64,000 bases of DNA from Somniosus microcephalus (taxonomy: Eukaryota): the NCBI GenBank assembly GCA_052327205.1, contig CM126228.1:14260001-14324000 (forward strand), written 5' to 3'. Positions within the stretch are counted from its first letter, which is position 1. Each line of letters starts with the position of its first letter. A model generated the notes under the pieces. The model had not been told where the DNA came from, searched no databases, and saw nothing but the letters and a program-made list of their open reading frames with translations. The position numbers and the translations under genes were made by a program. Shown here one piece after another: positions 12,339 to 23,815 of this stretch.

Positions 12339-12532
12339 CATGGTGTTAGCAGAGCATCTAAAGGTTGGGGTTGGGAAAGTCCAACATTCTGAATCAATTT
12401 TTAAGTTCAAAAAGATTGGATTCTGAGGCTGTGGAAAGGAATGTTTAAAACGCCACCACGAGGGGTCAGAAACTAAAGTTGGACTCTGTACAATGAAACC
12501 AGGACTGTTGGCAAGAAAGTACAGTTCTGATC
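12339..12532 (+). repeat. ~195-bp direct repeat, copy 2, abutting the Harbinger right end
   Basis: Aligns with 8637-8831. Confidence 0.9.
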
Positions 12533-13764
12533 AGGATAATCCTGGTGATCCACACAGAATGTGCTTTCACAGCACTTCCACCAGCCTCCGTCTTGAATTG
12601 GTTCAGACACACAATAGGCAGTGTTGGGTTATCAGCCGCACTCATTCCTTTTCTAGCTGAAATGGCAGATTTGGAATAATCTATTCACACCAGCAAATCC
12701 TCAGATTGACAGCCAACTTTAAACCCAGAATCCAGAACAGTAATTCACAAACTGCAAGCAAATATCAGTGTAAATTAATGGTATGCTGTTTAGAGTCATC
12801 CTTCCCTCTGAACCCTCACAGAATTCAAACAAATTGATGCTTACTGCTTGTGTGTAAATGGGCACTTTGCTACATTTTATATTCCATGAAACACTTCCAG
12901 ATATACAGATCATCACCTCACTCCTTTACCATTTCACAAATGTTAAGGCTAATACATTAAGTTATGGAATGCCAACATGCAGTGCCATGCAGTGGACGGG
13001 TGCAGTTTTGATTTGAGCCGAGTTGCATGCTAGGTACTGAGCGGTGGTCAGGCCCTGTAGAAGGCAATGGAAATGGGTGGTTTGTCCTCAAGAGGCCATT
13101 AAAAAGACTCCTAACAGCTACCCAAAGAATGGCAGTCGTGATAATCGGGGTAAAAGTGCCCGCACCTCCTGTCAGATCCAGAGGCAGACAACCTGAAAAG
13201 ACTTAGAAAAGAAGGAAAAATGAGGTAAAAATCTGGCGGTAGGAGTACTACAATTGATCTCCGTGCCCCTGAGGTAGGGCAAGATCCAGTCCCGATTGCT
13301 ACACATCATGGCCCCTGCTATCTGTGGACGTCAAGTAAGGATTGGATGGGGCTTAGCTGTAATGTCCGCACTGTGGAATAGCCTTCTCACACTCACATGG
13401 ATGAGGTGTGGAGGGCAGTCTGTGCCTGTCGAACTGTATCTGAGCATGATCAGTACCTTCAGTAGAGGAGTGAAGAGAACTGTAGAGAAATTGAGGGCCG
13501 GGGATAATTTAAAAACTGAATTAAAAAGCACCTCAGGTGTGCACTATATAAAAATCCATTGTCAAATATAAATGAGCCTTCACTGGGAATGTAAAGTCTA
13601 TCTCACTCAAACAGCAATAGCAATGCACCAACAATCCTATGCGATAATGCTTCTATACTCTATGTCCCTTTTATAAAAGCTAGCATGCCCTATGCTTATA
13701 TCAACGTCATCAGTAACATTAATACTAACACACATTCACTGAGATTTATTTTTCCTTGTTGCAG

Positions 13765-13973
13765 GTAATCACTGTTGGCTTATCTGGGATTATACAACAG
13801 TAAAATTATACCTCAGTGCACGGCAGTTTGCTCTCTCACTGCTTGGTGCGCAGTTGGAATCCATCAACAACAGAATTACTTTTCACGTGCTTGAAATGTC
13901 TAAGGCGTGTTACAATACCCCTGTCTGCACAGCGAATAGCTGGGAGTGTCTTGCAAGGCTGGAACTCGCTTGA
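13765..13973 (+). CDS. Candidate terminal coding exon of an unidentified gene (NHCWLIWDYTTVKLYLSARQFALSLLGAQLESINNRITFHVLEMSKACYNTPVCTANSWECLARLELA*)
   Basis: TACTAAC branch point at 13723-13729, pyrimidine tract and gcAG at 13763-13764; 68 open codons to TGA at 13971-13973; ATTAAA at ~14050; not TE-like. Confidence 0.5.
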
Positions 13974-14139
13974 AATATTTGGATGGTATAAACTATGGGA
14001 GAGGAGTCGTTTGATCAAATTTATCCAGGCCCAGGGAGTGTGTTGCACTATTAAATGTATTTACAAACTTCTGTATATTAGTATATATATTTATAAGCAC
14101 ACTGACATCCTCCCCACCTTCCCTCCTCAGTGACCATTC

Positions 14140-15030
14140 AGCTTAAGAGGCAGGCCATTCAGCCCATCATGCCTGTGCCAGCTCTCTGAAGTAGCTATCC
14201 ACTTACTTAATGTTTCCCATGACTTTAAAAACATTTATTTTTCAAATATTTATCCATTTCCTTTTGAAAGTTATTATGGACTCTGTGCCCAACATGTTTC
14301 TGGTCCATGTCCTAACAACCCTTTGTATAAAAAAAATCTTCTAGCCTCTCCCTTCATGAAGTCCATGAAGATCTGAAATTAATACCCTCTGGTTACCAAC
14401 TCATCGACCAATGGGAATAGTTATCCCCAATGTTTAACATAATTTGAAACACCTCTCTTAGACCTCCTCTTAACTGTCTTTATTCTAATGAAAAAAGCTC
14501 CAGTTTCTCTAACCTCTCCTCATAACTACAATCTTTCATCCCTGGTATCATGTTAGTGATTCTCTTCAGCACCCTCTCTATCACCTTGACATCCTTCCTA
14601 CGGTAAAGTGCCCAAAACTGGGCATAATATTCTAACTGAGGTTTAACCATCGATTTATATAAGTTTAATATTACCTCTTTGTTTTTGTACTCTATATGAC
14701 CCTTTTATAAAACGTCAGACCCCAAATGCTTTTTATCAACTTGCCCTCCCACTTTTAAAGATCAGTGTGTCTGAACTCCTATGTCTCTCTGTTCCTTTTA
14801 AAGTTCTTCCAGTTAGTGTATATGTCTTCCCCAAATCTTTCTTCCAAAAATGTATCACTTCATATTTATCTCCATTAGATTTCATATAATATATATTTCC
14901 CCAATCTACTAACCTGTCTATGTCTTCCCGAAGTTGCTTACAGTCCTCTTCATAGTACCACACTCCTTATTTTTGTGTCAGTTACAAATTTTGATATTGT
15001 GCCCAAGTCCAGATCATTTATATATATTGA
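14140..15030 (-). mobile_element. CR1 LINE 3' fragment (degenerate ORF2)
   Basis: Minus-strand remnants such as EEDCKQLREDIDRLVDW...DKYEVIHF, plus a CR1-type 3' UTR. Confidence 0.85.
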
Positions 15031-15179
15031 GAGCTGTTTCTGAATTCCATACCAATCACTACTTTTTCCTATTCCCATTGTAATGACCAGAACTGTTTAA
15101 CTTGAGCACACGTATTTAAATGACAGCCAGAGATCAAAGACCAGGGGTGCCCCTCTGGGCTCCACAAGAATAAGGTGGG

Positions 15180-15490
15180 TGACTGCTGCTTCACTCTGCC
15201 GAGATCTCGGCTCTCCTCCAAATCCGGCCTCTTGTGCAGCCCCGATTTTAATGGCTCCACCATTGGCAGCCGTGCCTTCAGCTGCCTGGGTCCTAGCTCT
15301 GGAATTCCCTCTCTCTGCCTCGCTACCTCTTGCTCCTCCTTTAAGACATTCCTTAAAACCTGCCTCTTTGACCAAGTTTTTGGTCACTGTCCTAATATCT
15401 CCTCGTGTGGCTTGGTGTCTGATAACATTCCTTTGCAACGCCTTGGGAAATTTTACTAAGTTAATCGCATTATATAAATGCAAGTTATTG
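15180..15490 (+). mobile_element. L2-type LINE 3' end
   Basis: STIGSRAFSCLGP...FKTFLKTCLFDQ remnant and the tail gcattatataaatgcaagtt. Confidence 0.75.
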
Positions 15491-15496
15491 ATAATC

Positions 15497-16125
15497 ATAG
15501 AATAATAGAATCGTATAGCACAGCAGGCCATTCAGCCCATTGAAGCTTCTACTATTGAATCTGTATGCACCATCCAATCAAGCAGTGTATTCCAAATCCT
15601 AACCATTCATTGCGTAAATTTTTTTTTTCCCATGTTGCCTCTGGTTCTTTTGCCAATCACCTTACATCTGTGCCCTCTGGTTATTGACCCTTCAGTCATT
15701 GGAAACAGTTTCCCTTTATTTACTTTATCTAAATCTCTATTGATTTTAAACACCTCTATCAAATCTCCTCAGCCTTCTCTGCTCTAAGGAGAACAACCCC
15801 AGCTTCTCCAGTCTATCCATGTAACTGTAATCCCTCATCCCTGGAACCATTCTCGTAAATCTTTTTTGCACCCTCTCCAAAGCCTTCACGTCCTTCCTAA
15901 AGTGTGGTGCCCAGAATTGGACACAATACTCCAGCTGGGGCCGAACTAGTGTTTTATATAGGGTTAGCATAACTTCCTGGCTTTTGTGCTCTGCCTCTAT
16001 TTATAAAGCTCAGGATCCCATGTGCTTTACTAACTGCTTTGTTAACCTGTCCTGCCACCTTCAAAGATTGGTGCACAAGCAACCCCAGGTCTCTCTCTTC
16101 ATACACTCCCTTTAAAATTGTATCA
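15497..16125 (-). mobile_element. CR1 LINE 3' fragment
   Basis: ORF 15746-15970 LYKTLVRPQLEYCVQFWAPHFRKDVKALERVQKRFTRM; catagaat tail repeats. Confidence 0.92.
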
Positions 16126-17589
16126 CAAGTCACAAGGTCTTACTCCCAAAGGACTATAAATGTCACAGAGGAATGTGAATAAATTTTCCAATATCTAATA
16201 AAGCTAATACAACAGAGAGAAAGAGAAAGCAACAAAAAACAAATCCACGAACTCCAATGAAGGGTCCCCACTCAAAATATTAACCCATCTTTGCCCTTTC
16301 AGATGTTGGTTGATCTGCTGCACATTTCCAGCACTTTGTTTTGTTAAAGAACTGCTACAATTAGACATAACATCCAAATCTTGGGACTAAAATGAGTCAT
16401 ATGCAGGGAAGAGGTCCCCACAATTAATGGTACCATATTGACAGAGGTAGAAAATTCACCATGACGTCATGTGGGAAGAGGATTGATTATGTAAAGACTA
16501 GAGGCTAAAGTTAGCTTGATCTCTGAATTCAGCTGCACGGAGACCACTGCGACTCCCCTTTTTTGGGTCTCACTGCAGGGAGCCCCTCTGTGGGTGTCAG
16601 CTGGGAAGCATCAGATTTCATAACAGATGGATTCCAACTGCGTGACTGAAGGCAGGAACAAAATCAGTACTGGCTGCAAGTACAGGCGTATCAGGAATAT
16701 CTTTGTATAATAAGCCTACATGTCAATTGCCATCACTATTCAATAATGCATGCCTCCAACTCTGCTCGCCAACACCCTTGCTACAAAAAAAAGTAAATAT
16801 TGTATTAGGAAAAAAAACTGCTATTTGTAAAGTTGACTAATTAAAAGCACTCACACCATGAGCTGCTAGCAGCTTCAAACCCCTGTAATTGATAAATGTG
16901 GGATACCTTTGAGCAGCGATCCCTCTCCCCGAGGTGTTCAATCTCCCCATCTCTTGTTTGCCAGGTTAGAAAAGATATGGAACTATTACATCAAACGCTG
17001 ACTATCTGAGCAGTGTATTTTTTTATTTCTGTTTGGAGCTTCTTTCTTTGGAGGAAATGGGGGCTCCTGCAATTCCATTCCTCACCCACCCACCAATGTT
17101 CTCCCCATCTCTCCTGAAGATGTTGACTATCACTGGTGTTACAGGGTGCACAGGTGCCAGTAGCACTGTGCTACCTTCCCCAAATGGCCATTCATCCTAT
17201 GTAAGCCCAGACTGAGAGTGTTGGCAGGCGACTTGACTGTGAGGGGCATTGAAGCCCAAGCTCCAGTCCTGTCCTGCCTTCACCCGATGCCCACACACAC
17301 ATATGTGCACAGTAAAAGTTTGCTTTTCTGAGCACAAGGTTAGACACATTCCTGGGAAGAGTAGATGGGAACTTTAATCTGCTATGTCCAAGTGCTGCAT
17401 TCAGCTAACCGAGCATACACTTGATACCTGTAATGGAAGAAAGTGTTTCCTTCCCCAGAACTAACATCTCTTCACCCCGATGAGCACAAATAAAATCACC
17501 AAAAAAGATAACAATAAGACATATAATTCATGATACTTAACAAACAAGGTTCTCGTCTCTACAGATACTAGTCTGATGATTACTTACCT

Positions 17590-17913
17590 CAGGGATGTCC
17601 AAGTTTTTTGCCTTTGTGGGTCATATATGTCACATGGGGCCTTGGGGGGCCACATATACAATTCAAATCCATGTTCCCATTAATTTGCATGTATCTCAGC
17701 TTGCTGATACTAACAGATCTTGGTGTCTGATTTAGAATTCATCCACCAATGAGGCAACAGTCCCAAGAGTGGCCCTTTCCAAACCTCTGGCCTCACAAAA
17801 TTCAAGCAGAAGAAACCAGCGAATCAGGGACTGAATTGCCTGGGCTTCGAAGGCTGGATTGCCAGGGTTTATAGGCATCGCGTGGCCACTGGGCCACAGT
17901 TTGGACACATCCA
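17590..17913. mobile_element. hAT/Charlie-like non-autonomous element
   Basis: Termini cagggatgtccaa ... tttggacacatcc; internal match to 1966-2278. Confidence 0.65.
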
Positions 17914-19621
17914 ATATATCTACCCGAACAACCAGACCAATGACCTGTTGTGAAATTCTCTAGCTATTTTTTTTACAGGATTATTTTGAATGTACACGCA
18001 TGCTAACTGTGCAAAGCGCTGTGGGAAAAATCAACTTCACGCTCAAAAGGAAGAGGCGAACTGTGCCGTTGGGAAAAGGACACGAGTCACAACCCGCACA
18101 CATGTCAATTTCATCAGGGCAATGTCATGTACAGACCACACAGTTCGAGATGCGTTTTTCAAAGTGAACAGCACCATTGCATTGCAAAACGAACTTTACC
18201 AAACGCTTTTCTATAAAGTCAGTGCCCTTTCGGGAGGTGGGGAGGGGGGCGGGATCATTATTAACAATCAATGCAATGTACAAAAGCTATCCAAAGGAAA
18301 CTGGCATGGAAACAGTTAATGATGTCTGCCCTAATGATGTGTTTTTGTAAATTTACAGTCCCCTTTTGTCTCCTCAGATAACTTAGATGGTTCATTTTAC
18401 TTTCTATCTCTCTACCCCGCCCCTTATCCTCACCATGTCTTCAACCAAAAAATTGAGGCAGTGGTGGGGGGAGGGGGGGGGAGGGGAGGGGGGCACTGTT
18501 GGGAGGGTGGGATGAGGAACAAAAATCAAATGGAGTGAGTTTCTGGACAATTTCATCTCTCCAGGGTACAAAGAAACCTTTTGACTGTCAATTCTGTTTG
18601 CTCCTGGTCCCTCTCTGCAACACTGCATTGAATTTTTCAGTTGCTAATATTGTTTCCTCCTCAATATGACCCATGTTGCTTATGCAAATATGCTTCTTTT
18701 ATGCCAGCCCTGATTTCCAGGAGAGGGACTTGAATGAGAAATAATGGCCCTCTCCCCACCACCACCCACCCCCCATTCCCCCTCCCCATAAACCGTTAGC
18801 ACAAATGCATCTACTTCATTTACTGAGCTTCACTCTGCACAATAACAGTAAAATAACCAAGGATAAAAGCTTTGTCCCGGATTTAGAGACTGGAACTTTG
18901 CATTTTCACAAAGGCACTGAATATGTAATATTCTTGGATGGGTGTGGGTGGGTAAATTACTGGAACAGTATTTGTAGCCATTATTTAACCTTTGTCAGCT
19001 AACACTACCAACACACTTAAGGTATATTAGACAGACAGGTATTTAATTTTGCACAGTAAAAATTCTCTGTAATTTGAACAAGTTGTAGTCATGGCAACAG
19101 ACTCCATCATTTTTTACAGGGGAGAAAAAGTTTTTTTTTAAATTAAAAATAATTAATGACATGTATGAATCTGGGAAGCACCATAGATGATTTGCTTCAG
19201 ATTCTTTTTCTTTCTCCCCCCCTCATTGTTTCAAAATAATCTGGTACCCTTAAAAACAAAATCTAAGTTAGAAAGATTTCACCCTTACATCTCTTTTCTA
19301 ATGAGCTGCTCATCAATTTCAGGTCAATTTCATGCATTCAAATACCAACCTCAGACTCAGTTGGGTACAGACTACTTAGAGGCACTGTCTTCACAAAACA
19401 GTTTTTGACAAACCTTTCTCACTTGTTTACAAATCCACTACATGACAACAAAAATCACGTCAAAACACGTCAGGATTGAAGGTTAAACATTTTGAGTTTT
19501 CATCTCTCCAGGGTTGGTGCATTCACTACAGGATGCAGCAACCTGTGTCCAGAGTGGCCGCAATCATTTAATTTGCCAGAAATGATACCGGGGCTTAGCG
19601 GGTTAAATGATGGGGTTGCAT

Positions 19622-20662
19622 AACTTACATCGAGTTACATCGAGTGTACAACACTGAAACAGGCCCAACTGGTTTATGCTCCACACGAGCCTCCTCCCAC
19701 CCTATTTCGTCTCACCCTATCAGCATATCCTTCTATTCCTTTCTCCCGCATGTGCTTATCTAGCTTCCCCTTAAATGCATCCAGGCTTTTTGCCTCAACT
19801 ATTCCTTGTGGTAGCGCGTTCCACATTCTAACCATTCTTTGGGTAAAGAAGTTTTTCCTGAATTCCTTATTGGATTTATTAGCAGCTATCTTATATCTAT
19901 GACCTCTAGTTTTGGACTCCCACAAGTGGAAACATTTTATTTGCGTCTACCCAATCAAACTTTTTCATTATCTTAAAGACCTCTATCAGGTCACCCCTCA
20001 GCCTTCTCTTTTCTAGAGAATAGAGCCCCAGCCTGTTCAGCCTTTCCTAATAAATATATCCTCTCAGTTCTGGTATCATCCTTGTGAATCTTGTTTGCGC
20101 CTTCTCCAATGCCTCTATATCCTTTTTATAATATGGAGACCTGAACTGTGCACAGTACTCCAAGTGTGGTCTAACCAAGGTTCGATATAAGTTTAATGTA
20201 ACTTCTCTGCTTTTTTCAGTTCTATCCCTCTAGAAATGATCCCTAGTGCTTCATTTGCTTTTTTATAGTCTTATTAATCTGTGCGGTGACTTTTAGTGAT
20301 TTGTGTATCTGTACCCCTAGATCCCTTTGCACCTCTATCCCATTCTGACTCTTATTATCCAAGCAGTATGTGGCCTCCTTATTCTTCCTACCAAAAGGCA
20401 CCAACTCACACTTATCTATATTGAAATTAATTTGCCAATTACACGTCCATTCTACAAGTTTATTAATGTCTTCCTCTACTTTGTCACATTCTTCCTTCCT
20501 ATTAACTACACCTCCCAGTTTGGTGTCATCCGCAAATTTTGAAATTGTACTTCCCATTCCCGAGTCCAAATCATTAATGTAAATTGTGGACAACGGCGGT
20601 CCCAGCACCGATCCCTGTGGAACACCACTTCCCACCTTTTGCCAGTCTGAGTAGCTACCTCT
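19622..20662 (-). mobile_element. CR1 LINE 3' fragment including RT motifs
   Basis: ORF 20243-20635 SGVPQGSVLGP...ISKFADDTKLGG; ORF 19674-19925 FFTQRMVRMWNALP. Confidence 0.95.
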
Positions 20663-20699
20663 ACTTTCTGTTTTCTAGCTTGGCTTGTATTCCCTTGAG

Positions 20700-21135
20700 T
20701 ATTGGAGATTGAGGGGGAATCTGGTCGAGGTGTTTAAAATATTGCAAGTATTTGATAGAACATACGAAATTGACAGGGCAGGAAAAGACCAGCTGGTCCA
20801 TCAAGTCTTCCCCAAAAAATAGAGTAAATACAGTGAAACTATTTCCTCTGATGGGAGAATCCAGAACAACAGGACATAGGATTGGAGCTAGACTATTCAG
20901 GAGCAAAGTCAGGACACTTTTTCACACAAAGGGTACTAGAAATTTGGAACTTTCCCCACCAAAAGGCTGTGGATGCTGGGACAACTGGAACTTTCAAGAC
21001 TGAGATCGATAGATTTGTGTTAGGTAAGGGTATCAAGGCACATGGTGCAGATAAGCCATGGTCTCATTGAATGGCAAAGCACACCCGAGTGGCTGAATTA
21101 TCTACTCCAGTTCCTAATGTCCCTATGTTCCTAAT
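20700..21135 (+). mobile_element. CR1 LINE 3' fragment, opposite in orientation to 19622-20662
   Basis: RLRGNLVEVFKI...LFPLMGESRT...FFTQRVLEIWN; ttcctaatgttcc tail. Confidence 0.85.
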
Positions 21136-21234
21136 TTAGTTTATCTATTCATTTTCTTTCTCCCTAGTTTTTCTCCTTCCTCTCCTGAAAGCACTGACTT
21201 TGGCTGGGGCCTTGGTACCTCACCAAAATGGCAC

Positions 21235-21408
21235 ATGGGGTTCTACTGCTCACCAGGGTAACTTTGGTGGAAGAGTTGCGTAAACCCTGCAAAAACGGCG
21301 TACAGAAACTCCAGAATTGACATTGCGCTATTTTGCTGGAGTTTCCGCAGCTCTACTGCCGAGGTTATGGTGGGCGATCAGAAGAATCTCTGCGGAAATT
21401 CACCCTCA
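21235..21408. mobile_element. Degenerate palindromic MITE (Harbinger-like)
   Basis: Internal inverted arms (gaaactccag / ctggagtttc) and terminus ggaaattcacc, shared with 55888-56032. Confidence 0.5.
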
Positions 21409-21625
21409 AAGTGTTCATACCAAAAGCTTTGCCAATTAGCAAATATGCCCCTGGGTGTCTTTAATAGAAATATTAATGAAGATTTTACTCAATTCGATCA
21501 ATCATCACAATTTGCAAGTAGTACGAACATACAAACAATGGCGGACAGGAAAAGACCCTCTGGTCCATCCAGTCTGTCCCACCCAACTGTGATACCTTGG
21601 AATATCAAGGTATTACCTTGATAAA

Positions 21626-21970
21626 GGGAGTGGGCCTTTGGTGTAGCGGTAGCATCATCGCCGCTGGGCCAGAAGGTGTAGGATTTCAAACCCTGCTCCA
21701 GACAGTCCCGGCAAGTGGAGTCGGAGCGCCGGCTCTAAATTCTGGGTTGACATCCAGCAGGATACTTGCGTCCGTGGGTGTGGGTGGCCCCCCCGCCTCG
21801 TATGGGTTGTGGGAGCCCGTAAAACCCTCCCGCCATAGGACTAACCACCCTAAAGGCTGGTACAAAGATGGTTACGGTCACGGAAGGAGCGTTAATCGTG
21901 GCCAGAAATCCTTCCACCACTTCATACAATTCCCCAAAGGGAACAGTGTGAAGACACGTACGACGACGAC
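21626..21970 (+). mobile_element. Young tRNA-derived SINE, copy 2, with (GAC)n tail and 11-bp TSD
   Basis: TSD accttgataaa at 21615-21625 and 21969-21979; near-identical to 5469-5839 except for the GTGGGT repeat length. Confidence 0.9.
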
Positions 21971-23499
21971 CTTGATAAAAACCTAGGCCAACTTGGAGAA
22001 AAAAAATCTGGGAAATTCCTCTCCGACCTCCCACTAGGCGATTGAAACTAGTCCAAGAGATCACTCTGGCCTTGATAATTCTATGCAGTACCTACCTCTT
22101 GTTCGAGGTGATCTCTGCCCCAGCCAGAAGCAGGTCCAGCTATTGCTTGGAGGCATGAAGTAATGGCTTTTAAATCTTTTAATGTCCACAAATTCTATCG
22201 CTTGTATCATATAAACAACATATAATATTCATTTCTTTTTGGAGTTTCTCTCTCTCTTGTTTTTCTAAAAGTTCTACGATGCGGTCATAAGATGCTGGCC
22301 CCCAAAAAGGAAGGTTTTACACTTGCCTGAAGGGCCTGTTCTATATTCAGACCAGCTGCAGATCTACATTTGCCCAGCGAGAAAGGCACACTAGCCCCGC
22401 TAAAACTGCACCAGGGTCCTATTGACGTAATAAGACACTGATTAGCATACATTTATGAGGCTCCTACCATTTTAGGTGGCTGCCTCACCTGCCTGCAAAA
22501 TCTGCAAGTTAATTTTGGAAATGGTCAGGATCTGAGCGGGTAAGTAACCGGCTTGCTTTTAACTGTCCAGGTAGGGTTAAAATCGGGCCCCACTGTGTCA
22601 AAATTTCAAAATTCATCGCATGGTGTCGTACTCGAACTAATTCTTTCCCAGGTCCTCAAAACTGTGGAGCTCCTCACTTCCTTCAGTTATCCCGGCCTCT
22701 TACAACCTACAGCTTTTTAAAGCTCAAGCATTGTGTGGTCTAACCCTACTTCCCGATTTCCCTCACCTTCTCTCCTACTCTTTTCAATCTTACTGGTATC
22801 CTATACTGTAAATCTTGGCCTCTCACCTGAAGCTCTCAATAATAAAAAAGCAGAGTTAATCAACTGCCTTAAAAACTCATTACCACCACAACTGGTGTGA
22901 GCACCATCATGTGTGAAACACACAAGACAGTTGAAACCAACAGTCAACGCAACAAGAGACGGAAAAATGTAACAATCTCCTCAAAATAATTTGTATGAGT
23001 ACATTATTAAAAAAAGATTAGGAAACCACAACAAGAGCTCAGATTTAAACTTGGGGCTCAGAATACCATTACAAAATCAATGAGCTGCACTCAGACAGTT
23101 TGAGGTTGCATCTGAAGCACTCAACCAGATTACTACCTTGTGACCTCCCCTAGGTACCCATATGGACGGCACAAACCTTTCCACGGGTAAACAGCAGGGT
23201 TAGCCCTGATTTTTAGATTGCTCTAGTTATACATTATGCAATTTTTGGTGTCTTATTAATAACACATCGATAGATATTTTACTTTATAGGAACAGATCTT
23301 TGGCATTAAGATCTTCTCTAGTTTTTCCTAGTTTTTCAATCTTAATACTGCGGAGGCAAGGGGTCTTGGCCTTTCACTTTAAACTTCTCAATAAAAAGTA
23401 CTGTGAACAAACATTAATGATCAAGGACTGTTGTGACAAATTAGATGGACATCTACATTCCTGATATCAAGCTGGCATAGGCGCATTAACAACGGGTAC

Positions 23500-23815
23500 A
23501 GTACAGAGGCCTGGGCTAATGATCCAGAGATACGAGTTCAAATCCCACCTCAGCAGCTGTGAAATTTAAATTCTGTTAATTAAATAAATCTGGAATAAAA
23601 AGCTAGTATTAGTAATGGTGACCATGAAACTACCAGATTGTCAGGAAAACCCATCTTGTTCACTAATGTCCTTTGGGGAAGGAAATCTAGCCCATATGTG
23701 ACTCCAAACCCACAACCCTCTGAAATGGCCTAGCAAGCCACTCAGTTGTTCAAGGGCGATTAGGGATGGGCAATAAATGCCAGCGATGCCCACATCCTGT
23801 GAATTTTTTTTTAAA
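23500..23815 (+). mobile_element. tRNA-derived SINE sharing its 3' tail with the LINE at 1295-1630
   Basis: B-box gagttcaaatcc; tail caagggcgattagggatgggcaataaatgcc...gcccacatcctgtgaattttt. Confidence 0.75.

Larger units (their letters stand above)
9278..12339. mobile_element. Decayed PIF/Harbinger DNA transposon (Myb/SANT gene plus truncated transposase); right terminus present, left terminus not found
   Basis: Two convergent genes typical of Harbinger; right end ggggacaaattttccccc at 12322-12339; left boundary inferred from the interrupted host duplication. Confidence 0.8.

Noticed and set aside
8637-12532. LTR retrotransposon with 195-bp LTRs
   Set aside because: No TG...CA termini, PBS, PPT or gag/pol; the interior is a Harbinger and the repeat is better explained as a split duplication.
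17979-18167. Acceptor ttttacAG followed by 62 open codons
   Set aside because: A second overlapping frame is also open, the peptide is unrecognised and there is no clear donor; insufficient support.
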